This document shows, piece after piece, positions 33,686-42,637 of a stretch of DNA of 64,000 bases. The notes under the pieces are model-generated. The model searched no databases, was not told where the DNA came from, and was given only the letters and a program-made list of their open reading frames with translations. Position numbers and translations under genes: made by a program. This stretch comes from Bacteroidales bacterium. Its GTDB lineage: Bacteria > Bacteroidota > Bacteroidia > Bacteroidales > PUMT01. Location of the stretch: positions 45,285 through 109,284 of the forward strand of contig JAWODJ010000034.1 in the NCBI GenBank assembly GCA_046483315.1, in the 5' to 3' direction. Positions within the stretch are counted from its first letter, which is position 1, and every line of letters begins with the position of its first letter.

Positions 33686-35728
33686 ATGAACAAATCGGCA
33701 CATATATTCTTACTTGTTATTATTTGCATCTTTTCAATCAAAACAATGACACAGGCACAGGAAAAGACAAAAAGCCTTTCGGCGGAAACCCTGTGGGAAA
33801 TGAAACGGATCGGCTCACCGGTTATATCCCCTGACGGACGGTGGGTTGTCGCTCCCGTAACCCGTTACACAATTGATGACGATAAAAGTCATACTGATCT
33901 GTGGCTGTTTGCTTCTGACGGTTCAGTAGAAAGACAGCTCACCATTTCAGGCTTTGCTGACGGACAACCCGCATTCAGCCCTGATGGTTCACAACTGGCA
34001 TTTATCAGCCGGAGAGATCAGGATGATGCCTCCCAGATATACCTTCTGCCTGTCAAAGAGCCGGGTGAAGCTGTCAGGCTGACAGAGGTCCCGACCGGAG
34101 TAAGCGCTCCCAAATGGGCAGGTGATCACATCTATTTTATCTCCAGGGTATGGCCCGATAAGAACTGGAAAGAGATGGAGGAACAGGTAAAGAAGGACCG
34201 GGATTCGAAAATGTCGGCACATACGTGGAATGCACTTCCCTACGCACACTGGGACACCTGGATTGACGAGGATCGTCAGGCCCATCTCTACAAAATCCCG
34301 GCCTCAGGAGGAGACATTGAAACGGTCACCCTCCCTACAGGATGGGAACTGCCCAGATCAAGCCAGGGAGCTGCAAGCTACGATGTGGCCCCTGATAATT
34401 CATGGGTTGCCTTTGTAGCTGACAGCAAAAGAGATGGAGTTGATCCTGATATGGATATTTTCCTTATGAAAACCGGAGGCAGCGAGGCAGTTAATATCAC
34501 TCCTGATAATGAAGCCTCTGATATCAATCCCCTTTTCAGTCCCAATAGCCGGTATCTTGCATTCAACCAGCAAAGTATCAAGGGTTTCTATGCCGATACC
34601 AGGAGGCTGGTGCTGCATGACCTGCAGACCGGCGGGCAAAGGGAAGTGACGGGGGAATGGGACAGATCCGCTGACGGACTCGTATGGATGCCCGATGCAA
34701 CAGGATTGTATGGAGCAATTGACGACGCCGGTACCAGGAGAATTTACCATATTGACATCAACGGCCGCTCTCCGAGGCCTGTAACCGGCGAAACAGATTA
34801 TTCCGGACTTTCCCTGTCAGATAACGGAACACTGGTTGCTTCAAATCAAAGTTTTCTGTATCCCCCAAGGCTGGTCATCGTTAATCCTGAAAACGGCGGG
34901 ACAAGAAGAATAGACACTATCAATGATGATATCCTTGAAAATGTGAAAACAGGGACCTACGAATCAGTCACCTACCAGGGAGCTGACGGACAGGATATCC
35001 AGATGTGGGTACACTACCCGCCAGGATTTGAAAAAAGCAAAAAATACCCGCTGTTCCTTCTTATACACGGAGGTCCTCACAGCGGTATAAGCGACGGTTT
35101 TCATTTTCGCTGGAATGCCCAGACATTTGCCTCATGGGGCTATGTAACGGCATGGCACAATTTCCACGGTTCCTCCGGGTTCGGTCAGGAATATACCGAT
35201 GCCATCAATCCGGACTGGATCACTAAACCATACGAGGATACCCGGAAGGCGGCAGAATGGTTTGCCGGCCAGCCATGGATAGATGAAACACGCATGGTGG
35301 CAGGCGGAGGTAGTTATGGTGGTTACCTGTCAACCATTCTGCTGGGTAAGGAACACCCTTTCAATGCCCTTCTGATCCACGCCCCGGTATACAACTTCTA
35401 CAGCCAGATGGCCAGTGATTTTGCAGTTCACTCGACCAGATTTGGCAACTACTGGGAAGATCCGTCGATTTACAGGGAACTGTCACCGCACTATTACGCA
35501 GGAAATTTCAATACGCCAGCCCTTATAATTCACGGGCATCTGGATTACAGGGTTCCGGTGGGACAGGCATTTGAACTATTCCGCACACTGCAGTCACGGG
35601 GTGTCGATTCAAGGCTCATCTATTACCCCGATGAGAACCACTGGATACTCAAACCCAACAACTCAATCTACTGGTACTCGCAGGTAAGGGAATGGATTGA
35701 AAAATACGCCGCCCCGGGAGGAAATTAG
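33686..35728 (+). CDS. S9 family serine peptidase (acylaminoacyl-peptidase-like, propeller plus alpha/beta hydrolase)
   Basis: 680 aa with a signal peptide, WD40-like/TolB-like repeats (SPDG motifs) and nucleophile elbow GGSYGGY. The C-terminal D and H are in HGHLDYRVP and ENHW. Confidence 0.88.
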   Translation: MNKSAHIFLLVIICIFSIKTMTQAQEKTKSLSAETLWEMKRIGSPVISPDGRWVVAPVTRYTIDDDKSHTDLWLFASDGSVERQLTISGFADGQPAFSPDGSQLAFISRRDQDDASQIYLLPVKEPGEAVRLTEVPTGVSAPKWAGDHIYFISRVWPDKNWKEMEEQVKKDRDSKMSAHTWNALPYAHWDTWIDEDRQAHLYKIPASGGDIETVTLPTGWELPRSSQGAASYDVAPDNSWVAFVADSKRDGVDPDMDIFLMKTGGSEAVNITPDNEASDINPLFSPNSRYLAFNQQSIKGFYADTRRLVLHDLQTGGQREVTGEWDRSADGLVWMPDATGLYGAIDDAGTRRIYHIDINGRSPRPVTGETDYSGLSLSDNGTLVASNQSFLYPPRLVIVNPENGGTRRIDTINDDILENVKTGTYESVTYQGADGQDIQMWVHYPPGFEKSKKYPLFLLIHGGPHSGISDGFHFRWNAQTFASWGYVTAWHNFHGSSGFGQEYTDAINPDWITKPYEDTRKAAEWFAGQPWIDETRMVAGGGSYGGYLSTILLGKEHPFNALLIHAPVYNFYSQMASDFAVHSTRFGNYWEDPSIYRELSPHYYAGNFNTPALIIHGHLDYRVPVGQAFELFRTLQSRGVDSRLIYYPDENHWILKPNNSIYWYSQVREWIEKYAAPGGN

Positions 35729-35794
35729 CGGAGCTGGATTAGTTACTTTTTTTTACTGTCTGTTAATCCCTGATAAACGGGGATTGAAAATTAT

Positions 35795-36136
35795 TTATTT
35801 AAATTCATTGACCATAATACCTTCAACAACCTTTTCCAGTTCAGGGATATGTATATATGCAACATCCCATACTGTCCATGTTTCGATATTGAAATATTCA
35901 TGTGTGGCATAATTTCTGAAAGCTCTTATCTTGAACCACGGGTAATCATATTTCTCTAACAGATCATAATCAGTGCGGATAACTGCCTCTCCGATTATTA
36001 TCAATTGGTAAATGATTGCATCCCTGGTTTTAGGGTCATTGATAAAATCTTCTCTGCCGAGTCCTTCAATGTAATGGCTGATTGCCCGGCAAGCTTCAAG
36101 TATATGTACTAGCCTGAGCCTGTCTCTATTTTCCAT
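35795..36136 (-). CDS. hepT: HepT-like (DUF86/HEPN) toxin
   Basis: 113 aa. Carries the Rx4HxY HEPN motif as RNYATHEY. It overlaps the upstream MNT gene by 11 nt. Confidence 0.85.
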   Translation of the reverse strand: MENRDRLRLVHILEACRAISHYIEGLGREDFINDPKTRDAIIYQLIIIGEAVIRTDYDLLEKYDYPWFKIRAFRNYATHEYFNIETWTVWDVAYIHIPELEKVVEGIMVNEFK

Positions 36137-36728
36137 CGGCAGTATATATTAATATTATATTATTGTCTGCCGGTTTACCTGTCAAAGTTTTAATTGACCC
36201 CCTTATAACAACATCAGCTTTCTTACCGAGGGCATTCTCAAGATCGCGCTGTATCTGAAACAAATCAAACATAGAGAAACCCTTTCTCCCCGGAACATCA
36301 ATCAATATATCAATGTCACTTTCAGGGTTGCTCTCATACCTTGCATAACTACCAAATAACCAGGCCTTCGAAATAGCCGGATACTTCCCCATCTCCCTGG
36401 CAACAGCCTTTCTGATATCAGAGATCCTGAGCAGGGAAGCCTTTAAGTAACCGACCTGTGATTCTGCAGAAATTAAAGCCTCTTCGGCATATACTTCTCC
36501 CCTGATCTCATAAACAATTTTGTCACTCAGCCATGCTACAAGAAATTCCTTAAGATCGGCATCATAATAATCTGCCATTTTTTCAACCTGCGGTCTGGTA
36601 GCTTTGCGATGGCCTCTTTCGATTTTGCTCAGTATGGCCTGATCAATATTGAGGAAGGCAGCCACCTTCCTGAGTGTCTCCCCCCTCTCTTCCCTGTATT
36701 TCCGAAGCAACATTCCCAGGCTGTTCAT
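36126..36728 (-). CDS. mntA: MNT-type nucleotidyltransferase antitoxin fused to an N-terminal XRE-family HTH
   Basis: Residues ~5-60 form an XRE-type HTH (LRKYREERGETLRKVAAFLNIDQAILSKIERGHRKAT). The C-terminal half has the minimal nucleotidyltransferase motif LFGSYARYESNPESDIDILIDV (GS...DxD). Confidence 0.85.
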   Translation of the reverse strand: MNSLGMLLRKYREERGETLRKVAAFLNIDQAILSKIERGHRKATRPQVEKMADYYDADLKEFLVAWLSDKIVYEIRGEVYAEEALISAESQVGYLKASLLRISDIRKAVAREMGKYPAISKAWLFGSYARYESNPESDIDILIDVPGRKGFSMFDLFQIQRDLENALGKKADVVIRGSIKTLTGKPADNNIILIYTADGK

Positions 36729-36746
36729 AAATTGACGTATTTCGTT

Positions 36747-36763
36747 TTGACAAATTTAGTCAA
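36747..36763 (-). promoter_or_regulatory. Palindromic operator overlapping the -7 box of the HTH-MNT/HepT operon
   Basis: TTGACAAATTTAGTCAA pairs at 7 of 8 positions. On the coding strand it contains TAAATTTG (exact TAnnTTTG, 36751-36758). It lies 19-35 nt upstream of the ATG at 36728. Confidence 0.45.
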
Positions 36764-36809
36764 TTTATTTTGGTATATCAAATCGTAATAGTAATAATGC
36801 CACTAATAG

Positions 36810-36863
36810 AAATTCTTTGCGCTGTATCCCTATAGCATTCAATTTGGCAGTCAGGGTGATTCC
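36810..36863 (-). pseudogene. Relic of a P-type ATPase 3' end (about 18 codons)
   Basis: Translates to GITLTAKLNAIGIQRKEF, against GVALAAIFNAIRIQRKTF at the C-terminus of the intact ATPase (37348-37401). By my hand alignment 11 of 18 residues and about 40 of 54 nt are identical, including a shared 10-mer CGCTGTATCC. Confidence 0.45.
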
Positions 36864-36889
36864 AGACCGGCAAAAAGGCAAGGATCGGG

Positions 36890-37241
36890 TTACCTTACGA
36901 AAAGAAGCATGGAACCTCTCGCCCCCTCTGATGATAAACCCAGATCCGTCCATGCGTTGGCATTGTGTACTACTCCTCTCTGCATAGATTGTGTATTGTA
37001 GCATGGCCCGAAACCCGTATAACTGGGTTCATTAAACGGGCCGCCAGATCCGTCTGTGCATGTACCATGCGATAACCTGTAATTAAAGGAGGGTCCGTAG
37101 GTAGAGTAGTTGTTGGCGCCAATCCCGCAATTCTGAGATGAACCCTCAGTATTCCTCAGGTTAAAATAGAGGTGCTCACCGGTTGGGCATTGTGAAATCA
37201 AACTCTGCCTGGTCGCTTACCAGGTTGCCGAAATATTTCAT
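36890..37241 (-). pseudogene. Orphan Cys/Gly-rich ORF, probably a frameshifted gene remnant
   Basis: A 103-aa ORF has only a TTG start at 37201. A 21-codon ATG ORF (37241-37176, MKYFGNLVSDQAEFDFTMPNR) overlaps it in a frame offset by 1 nt. I see no signal peptide and no recognisable family. Confidence 0.25.
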
Positions 37242-37344
37242 AACGGTTTATCCAGATATTTACCTATGTTGATTATTAAGCAATAATCTGCAGTCAGAAA
37301 CAAAAGAAGCCTCAAGATCAACCCGGAAATAGAAAGTTTTCTTT

Positions 37345-39210
37345 CTAATCAAATGTTTTACGCTGTATCCTGATTGCGTTGAAGATGGCGGCCAGGGCGA
37401 CTCCCATATCGGCAAACACGGCTTCCCACATGCCGGCAAGTCCCACTGCCCCAAGTCCGAGAAACACCGCCTTGACTGCAAACACCATCCAGATGTTCTG
37501 CCACACTATCCGGCTGGTCTCGCGTGAAAAACCAATTGCTTCGGAAATCTTTGAAGGCTGGTCCGTCTGGATCACCACATCGGCAGTTTCAATTGCCAGG
37601 TCGCTGCCCATGGCCCCCATGGCAATGCCCACATCTGCCAGTGCAATTGACGGTGCGTCATTTATACCGTCACCGGCAAAGGCAATGACCCCGGCCCTGC
37701 GATCCAGGTACTCTTTTACAATTGCTGTCTTCCCCTCCGGAAGAAGGTTGCCGTGGGCATGATCAATTCCCAGCTCAGATGCTGTTTCGCGTGTTATTTT
37801 ATCTTTATCGCCCGATAGAACAACTATCTCCTTAACACCAAGCTTATGAAGTTTCCTGACAGTCAGGGAACTGTCTTCCCTGACTTCATCGGCGATCACA
37901 AAATACCCGCTATATCTTCCGTCAATTGCAACATGAATACAGGTATAAGGTATTGCTTCTGCCTCCTGCGGAACGGTTATACCCTTCTCTGATATCATCT
38001 TCGCGTTACCGGCAATAATCTCCTTGCCTTCTACCCGGCCGGACATTCCGCGGGCAGGAAACTCCTTCACGTTATCTGCTTCGAAGCCTGAAAGGTCCTG
38101 ACCGGCATGGGCAACAACGGCCCTGGCAACCGGGTGACTGGAACGATTCTCAAGGGCAGCCGTCAGCCTGGTCAATTCGTCCTCTTCAATACCATAAGCT
38201 TTTACCTGCCTGACAGTGAAACTGCCTTTTGTTAGGGTTCCTGTCTTGTCTATTATCAGGGTATGAAGGTCCTTCAGCCGGTCAAGAAAATCTGCCCCTT
38301 TAAACAGTATGCCGTTTTTTGATGCTGCCCCTATACCTCCGAAATATCCCAGGGGAATCGAAATATAGAGTGCACACGGACAGGCTATAACAAGAAAAAC
38401 GAATGCCCGGTAAACCCAGTTCGAAAACTGGTAATTTTCCACGATAAGTGAAGGAACAAAAGTTATCAGCAGGGCCATCGCCATTACCAGTGGCGTATAA
38501 TACCTTGCAAAACGGCGCATGAACCTCTCTGTAGGTGCTTTTCTCTGCCCTGCCTCTTCAACCATTTTCAGTATGCGCGAGAGGGAGCTGTCGGCAAATG
38601 CACGTGTGACCTTTACTTCCATCACCCCGTCAACATTTATGGATCCGGCAAGAACCTTATCACCCTTGTAGATCCTGTCCGGTTTACTCTCTCCGGTTAT
38701 TGCGGCGGTGTTTATGGTGGCGCCTTGCGAAACAAGCAAACCGTCGAGCGGTATTTTCTCACCGGACCTGACCATGATATGATCTCCCGGATTAACTTCT
38801 GCTGGTTTTACGGTTACCCATTCACTGCCTCTTTTAACACTGGCCTGATCGGGCCTCAGCTCCATCAGGGCTTTAATGTTTCCCCTGGCGCGGTTAACCG
38901 CATTTTCCTGGAACAGCTCACCAATATCATAGAAAAGCATCACGGCCACGGCTTCGGCATATTCACCAATTGCAAATGCCCCCAGGGTAGCCACAGACAT
39001 CAGGAAAAACTCGTTGGCAAAATCAAGTCTTACAAGCTCCTCGACAGCCCTTTTGATAACCGGCAAGCCGACAAGCAGATAGGCAAACGCATACCAGTAA
39101 AGGCTCACGCTTTCGCGGAAAAACCCAATATCTGCAAAACTCAGAATGAGTCCCCCGATCAGCATCAGGGCACTTATTGCGGCAGGGATATACTGTTTTT
39201 TAAGCATCAT
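37345..39210 (-). CDS. Heavy-metal-translocating P1B-type ATPase (no N-terminal metal-binding domain)
   Basis: Has the CPC transmembrane motif (IACPCAL), the DKTGTLT phosphorylation site, SSHP and the GDGINDAP hinge. The protein starts directly in transmembrane helices. Confidence 0.93.
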   Translation of the reverse strand: MMLKKQYIPAAISALMLIGGLILSFADIGFFRESVSLYWYAFAYLLVGLPVIKRAVEELVRLDFANEFFLMSVATLGAFAIGEYAEAVAVMLFYDIGELFQENAVNRARGNIKALMELRPDQASVKRGSEWVTVKPAEVNPGDHIMVRSGEKIPLDGLLVSQGATINTAAITGESKPDRIYKGDKVLAGSINVDGVMEVKVTRAFADSSLSRILKMVEEAGQRKAPTERFMRRFARYYTPLVMAMALLITFVPSLIVENYQFSNWVYRAFVFLVIACPCALYISIPLGYFGGIGAASKNGILFKGADFLDRLKDLHTLIIDKTGTLTKGSFTVRQVKAYGIEEDELTRLTAALENRSSHPVARAVVAHAGQDLSGFEADNVKEFPARGMSGRVEGKEIIAGNAKMISEKGITVPQEAEAIPYTCIHVAIDGRYSGYFVIADEVREDSSLTVRKLHKLGVKEIVVLSGDKDKITRETASELGIDHAHGNLLPEGKTAIVKEYLDRRAGVIAFAGDGINDAPSIALADVGIAMGAMGSDLAIETADVVIQTDQPSKISEAIGFSRETSRIVWQNIWMVFAVKAVFLGLGAVGLAGMWEAVFADMGVALAAIFNAIRIQRKTFD

Positions 39211-39324
39211 AGGAAAACTACTCCTGACTTCTGCGGTTTAATTTTATAAGTAACACATAATCAATATATAGCAATTTTGCTTAGGCACTACATTGGTACA
39301 AATTGTTTGGGTATTCAGGATACA

Positions 39325-40329
39325 TTATCGAATCTGGCTGAAGCCGATAAGTTTTTGGGCATCCTCATCCCAGAGTCTTAATCTCAGAGACCTCAGACTG
39401 GTTCTGAGTGTGACTGGTTTAATATCCTGGAAGAGAGGATTCTCCCTGTGGCACATCTCCAGTTTATAATTTGGGATTCTGGGACTAAGATGGTGTACAT
39501 GATGAAAGCCTATATTTCCTGTAAACCACTGCAGTATCCGGGGCAGTTTGAAAAAGGAGCTGCCTTTGAGTGCAAGGGTTTTATAATCCCATTTCTCCTT
39601 TCTTGTCCAGATAACATCTTCAAACTGGTGCTGCAAATAGAAGAGCCATACCCCCGCTACCGACGCCAGATAGATAACCGGAAGCTGGATCATCAGAAAT
39701 TCCTTTAACCCGATAACCCTGATCAGCACAAATACAATTGCAATAATACCGATGTTTGACAATTGAATATATATGTGTTGCCTCCTGTTCATGTATGATT
39801 TCGGAATACGGTTCTGAATAAGGAACAGCAGAAGTGGTGCGACAGCCAGCAGAAACAGGGGATGGCGGTAAAAACGGTAGCCGAAACGCTTCCACCCGGA
39901 CAAGTTCAGATATTGATAGACCGTCATGGTTTTAACATCGCCTATTCCCCTTTCATCGAGGTTTCCGACGGTGGAGTGGTGAATTTTGTGGTCCCGGTGC
40001 CAGCGATGGTAAGGCGTAAAAGCCATTAAGCCCAATGGAATGCCAACCAACCGGCACATCCTGTCTGATTTAAAAAAGGAGCCATGTCCGCAATCATGAA
40101 AAATAATAAAAATCCGGACAAGGAAGCCTGCTGCAAAAACCGATAACAGCAGAGTGAGAAGATAGGATATTTCCAGGCTGTAATACATCAGCACCCATAA
40201 ACCTATGTAAGGAACTACTGAATTGATTACCTGCCACCAGCTTTTAACCGGGTCAGGGAAATTATACCTCTGCACAATATCAATCCAGTTTTGTGAAGAG
40301 TCCACTGTGCTTGAAACATTTGATGTCAT
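39325..40329 (-). CDS. Membrane fatty acid desaturase family protein
   Basis: Three His boxes: HDCGH, HRWHRDHKIHH and HHVHH. Several transmembrane segments. Confidence 0.88.
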   Translation of the reverse strand: MTSNVSSTVDSSQNWIDIVQRYNFPDPVKSWWQVINSVVPYIGLWVLMYYSLEISYLLTLLLSVFAAGFLVRIFIIFHDCGHGSFFKSDRMCRLVGIPLGLMAFTPYHRWHRDHKIHHSTVGNLDERGIGDVKTMTVYQYLNLSGWKRFGYRFYRHPLFLLAVAPLLLFLIQNRIPKSYMNRRQHIYIQLSNIGIIAIVFVLIRVIGLKEFLMIQLPVIYLASVAGVWLFYLQHQFEDVIWTRKEKWDYKTLALKGSSFFKLPRILQWFTGNIGFHHVHHLSPRIPNYKLEMCHRENPLFQDIKPVTLRTSLRSLRLRLWDEDAQKLIGFSQIR

Positions 40330-40430
40330 AAAGACAAATTATGTCAGATAACCTGAAAGAATTTTATTTGTCATGCAGGTGCAACAGTTAAGAGAAGTCA
40401 TAAAACGTAAAGGACAGGTATTTATTATGA

Positions 40431-40464
40431 ATCTCCCCGGCTTCATCACTGATGCCGGGGAGAT
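40431..40464 (-). terminator. Strong hairpin downstream of the porin gene
   Basis: Perfect 11-bp stem ATCTCCCCGGC/GCCGGGGAGAT with a 12-nt loop, about 65 nt after the porin stop. The U-tract on the minus strand is poor. Confidence 0.5.
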
Positions 40465-40527
40465 CCATATTATTTATTTCCTGTATTTGACCCGACTGTC
40501 CGGCTTATGACTATCGGCCGTTATGAC

Positions 40528-41826
40528 TTAGAATCCTATCACGGCTTCAAGATTAATGCCGCTGAATTCCGCACCGGCAAACCTGCCTGTCCATGCATCA
40601 CCCTTATAGCTCTGTTTTACATATTCCACTTTAGTGAGGACATTCCTGGTAATAAACCAGCCCCCGCCAATATTTAACCTGTTGATATTCATGTTATCGG
40701 TGGCACTTTCCCTCATCTTGCCGGAAACAGTATTGTATCTTCCTCCTACATAAAAGTTTTCAGATTCACCAAACCTGTAAATCAACTCTCCTGCTATCTG
40801 TGTAAAAGCACCTTCCTTATCTTCTACCGGCTGGGTAAATTCATTGTTCCCGTTTGCCAGTTCAAAGATCCCGAAAAATTCTAACCCCCTGTATTTTACA
40901 AAAGGATTAACCTGGACAGCAGTAATTTTGGTAAATCTTGCATTAAACCTTCCGTCAAAATCACCTCCCTGTGCAGGAGTCCCGGTATCAGGATCGGCCA
41001 GGGAATGCAGTACATTATAATACCTTGACCCTGACCTGTCACCTCCGTATAACCATGTTCCGGTGGTTGTGCCGTTATTGATATACCATGAACCTGTAAG
41101 CCGCACTCTCAAATCCGCATCCAGCTCTTTGTCAAAGCCCAGTTTTCCGTAAAAGGAAGGTTTGTTATCGCTGTTTTCATTCAAAACCACACTCTGGTTA
41201 AGCTTTCCGTTTGTAAGGCCAATAACAGCAATCAACCCCCTGGTTTGTATGGTTACCTCCCCGAAAGCCTCAGTGGAAAAGGCATCCATTATATAATTGC
41301 CGACAAAAGGATTAAAAATTGCACGCGCATTGTCACTTCTCCTGAAATGAGCATCGCCGTAATTGAATTCATCAAGACCAACGGTAAATGTGGTATACTC
41401 CATTAACCCTTGAAGGAATCCCGGACTGACAAAGTCAAGGTTACTGACCTGCATATACCCCCCTTTTATCCATGCCTCATAATGGTGCCGGGATGAGAGA
41501 TAGGTTTTCAGGTGCATCCTCATACCATCCAGTAGCTGGACATCCAGGTTAAGATTGGCAGTTGGCAGGTTAAAATTTGTTCCCAGATCAACAAGATTCC
41601 CGGCAGTATTGGTTTGATTCAACCCCTGGAACTGCATGGCAAAATCACCGCCGATACGAACCTTGAATCCGTCAAAGTCCATTGTATCCTCAACGGGCGC
41701 CTCAAATACATTTATTCCCCTCTGGTCGTTCGGACGCCAGTTCCGGAGGTTTTTATCCTGTGCTGAAACAGTAAATGTAACTGCAAGTATAAAGATAAGT
41801 ACTATGTTTATTAATTTCCTTTTCAT
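40528..41826 (-). CDS. Outer-membrane beta-barrel porin-like protein
   Basis: Has a signal peptide (…VSAQ), an alternating beta-strand pattern throughout and the C-terminal sequence LEAVIGF with a terminal Phe. The family is not identified. Confidence 0.65.
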   Translation of the reverse strand: MKRKLINIVLIFILAVTFTVSAQDKNLRNWRPNDQRGINVFEAPVEDTMDFDGFKVRIGGDFAMQFQGLNQTNTAGNLVDLGTNFNLPTANLNLDVQLLDGMRMHLKTYLSSRHHYEAWIKGGYMQVSNLDFVSPGFLQGLMEYTTFTVGLDEFNYGDAHFRRSDNARAIFNPFVGNYIMDAFSTEAFGEVTIQTRGLIAVIGLTNGKLNQSVVLNENSDNKPSFYGKLGFDKELDADLRVRLTGSWYINNGTTTGTWLYGGDRSGSRYYNVLHSLADPDTGTPAQGGDFDGRFNARFTKITAVQVNPFVKYRGLEFFGIFELANGNNEFTQPVEDKEGAFTQIAGELIYRFGESENFYVGGRYNTVSGKMRESATDNMNINRLNIGGGWFITRNVLTKVEYVKQSYKGDAWTGRFAGAEFSGINLEAVIGF

Positions 41827-41949
41827 TTTAGTTATATTTAGTAAGTTAATAATAATCTGTTTTTAACGACAGCCAGAAACTTCCGTATCCCAAATATCCT
41901 TTTTGGTGAAACAGAAATTTGATTCAATCTGAAATAATCGTTAATAACA

Positions 41950-42618
41950 TTATTCCAATCGTGAAATTTCGCCTGACCGGATGTTATAATTAAAGTTAAC
42001 GGTAATATTATCGTTAACTCTCACTATACCCAATGCAGGAGAGGGAGGTTCAATATCAAATTCAGCCATTGATAATTCAGCTGTGCCTTCAAAACTATAT
42101 TCATAACCTCGTCGCTGCCAATTTATTTTTAACTCTTTGGCTTTTGATATGCCATTTATGGAGATTAAAATATTTGCCATAATATATCCGTCAGCTGAGT
42201 TCCAGTTTGTATCAATCAAAATCGCATCAGACAGCTTTATCTTTATTCCGGATCTTTCCCTTCCGCCGAGAGCATCATGCATGTCTCTTGTAATCAAAGG
42301 ATTTTTACAGTCAAATGACTTTACATTCACCAATATTTCAGCTCCGGTAATATCAACTCTCTTTCCATCAAAACAGGTGTCTGTTACTAAATAACCTCTG
42401 AAGTCACTACCGGCCGAAAAACATTCGAATGTATTAACATTGGTAGTGCCCTGCAGTGACAACCAGCTGCTGTTAATGACAGAATATGAAATAATGCTGC
42501 TCGCCGGGGTACTTTCATTACACGGATCAGGCCCTTCTCCTGCTTCAGCAGATAAAAAAGAGATCAGAAACACTAAAAAAATCTTTATGGATAACAGGTA
42601 TTTATTCTTACCTGGCAT
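41950..42618 (-). CDS. Divergent YceI-like protein with four cysteines
   Basis: Shares the architecture of the upstream YceI gene (LQGTTNVNTFEC versus VTGTSTLHDWE; AEFDIEPPSPALGIVRVNDNITVNF versus SDFDIDPPVMMLGALRTGDEVTVSY). I prefer the ATG at 42618, because the 42654 start would overlap the upstream gene. Confidence 0.6.
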   Translation of the reverse strand: MPGKNKYLLSIKIFLVFLISFLSAEAGEGPDPCNESTPASSIISYSVINSSWLSLQGTTNVNTFECFSAGSDFRGYLVTDTCFDGKRVDITGAEILVNVKSFDCKNPLITRDMHDALGGRERSGIKIKLSDAILIDTNWNSADGYIMANILISINGISKAKELKINWQRRGYEYSFEGTAELSMAEFDIEPPSPALGIVRVNDNITVNFNYNIRSGEISRLE

Positions 42619-42637
42619 ATCAGCCTCGTTTTTTGAC

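Noticed and set aside
37260-37481. 73-aa ORF overlapping the 3' end of the P-type ATPase gene in another frame.
   Set aside because: Most of it overlaps the conserved ATPase C-terminus. The remainder is AT-rich spacer with no independent support.
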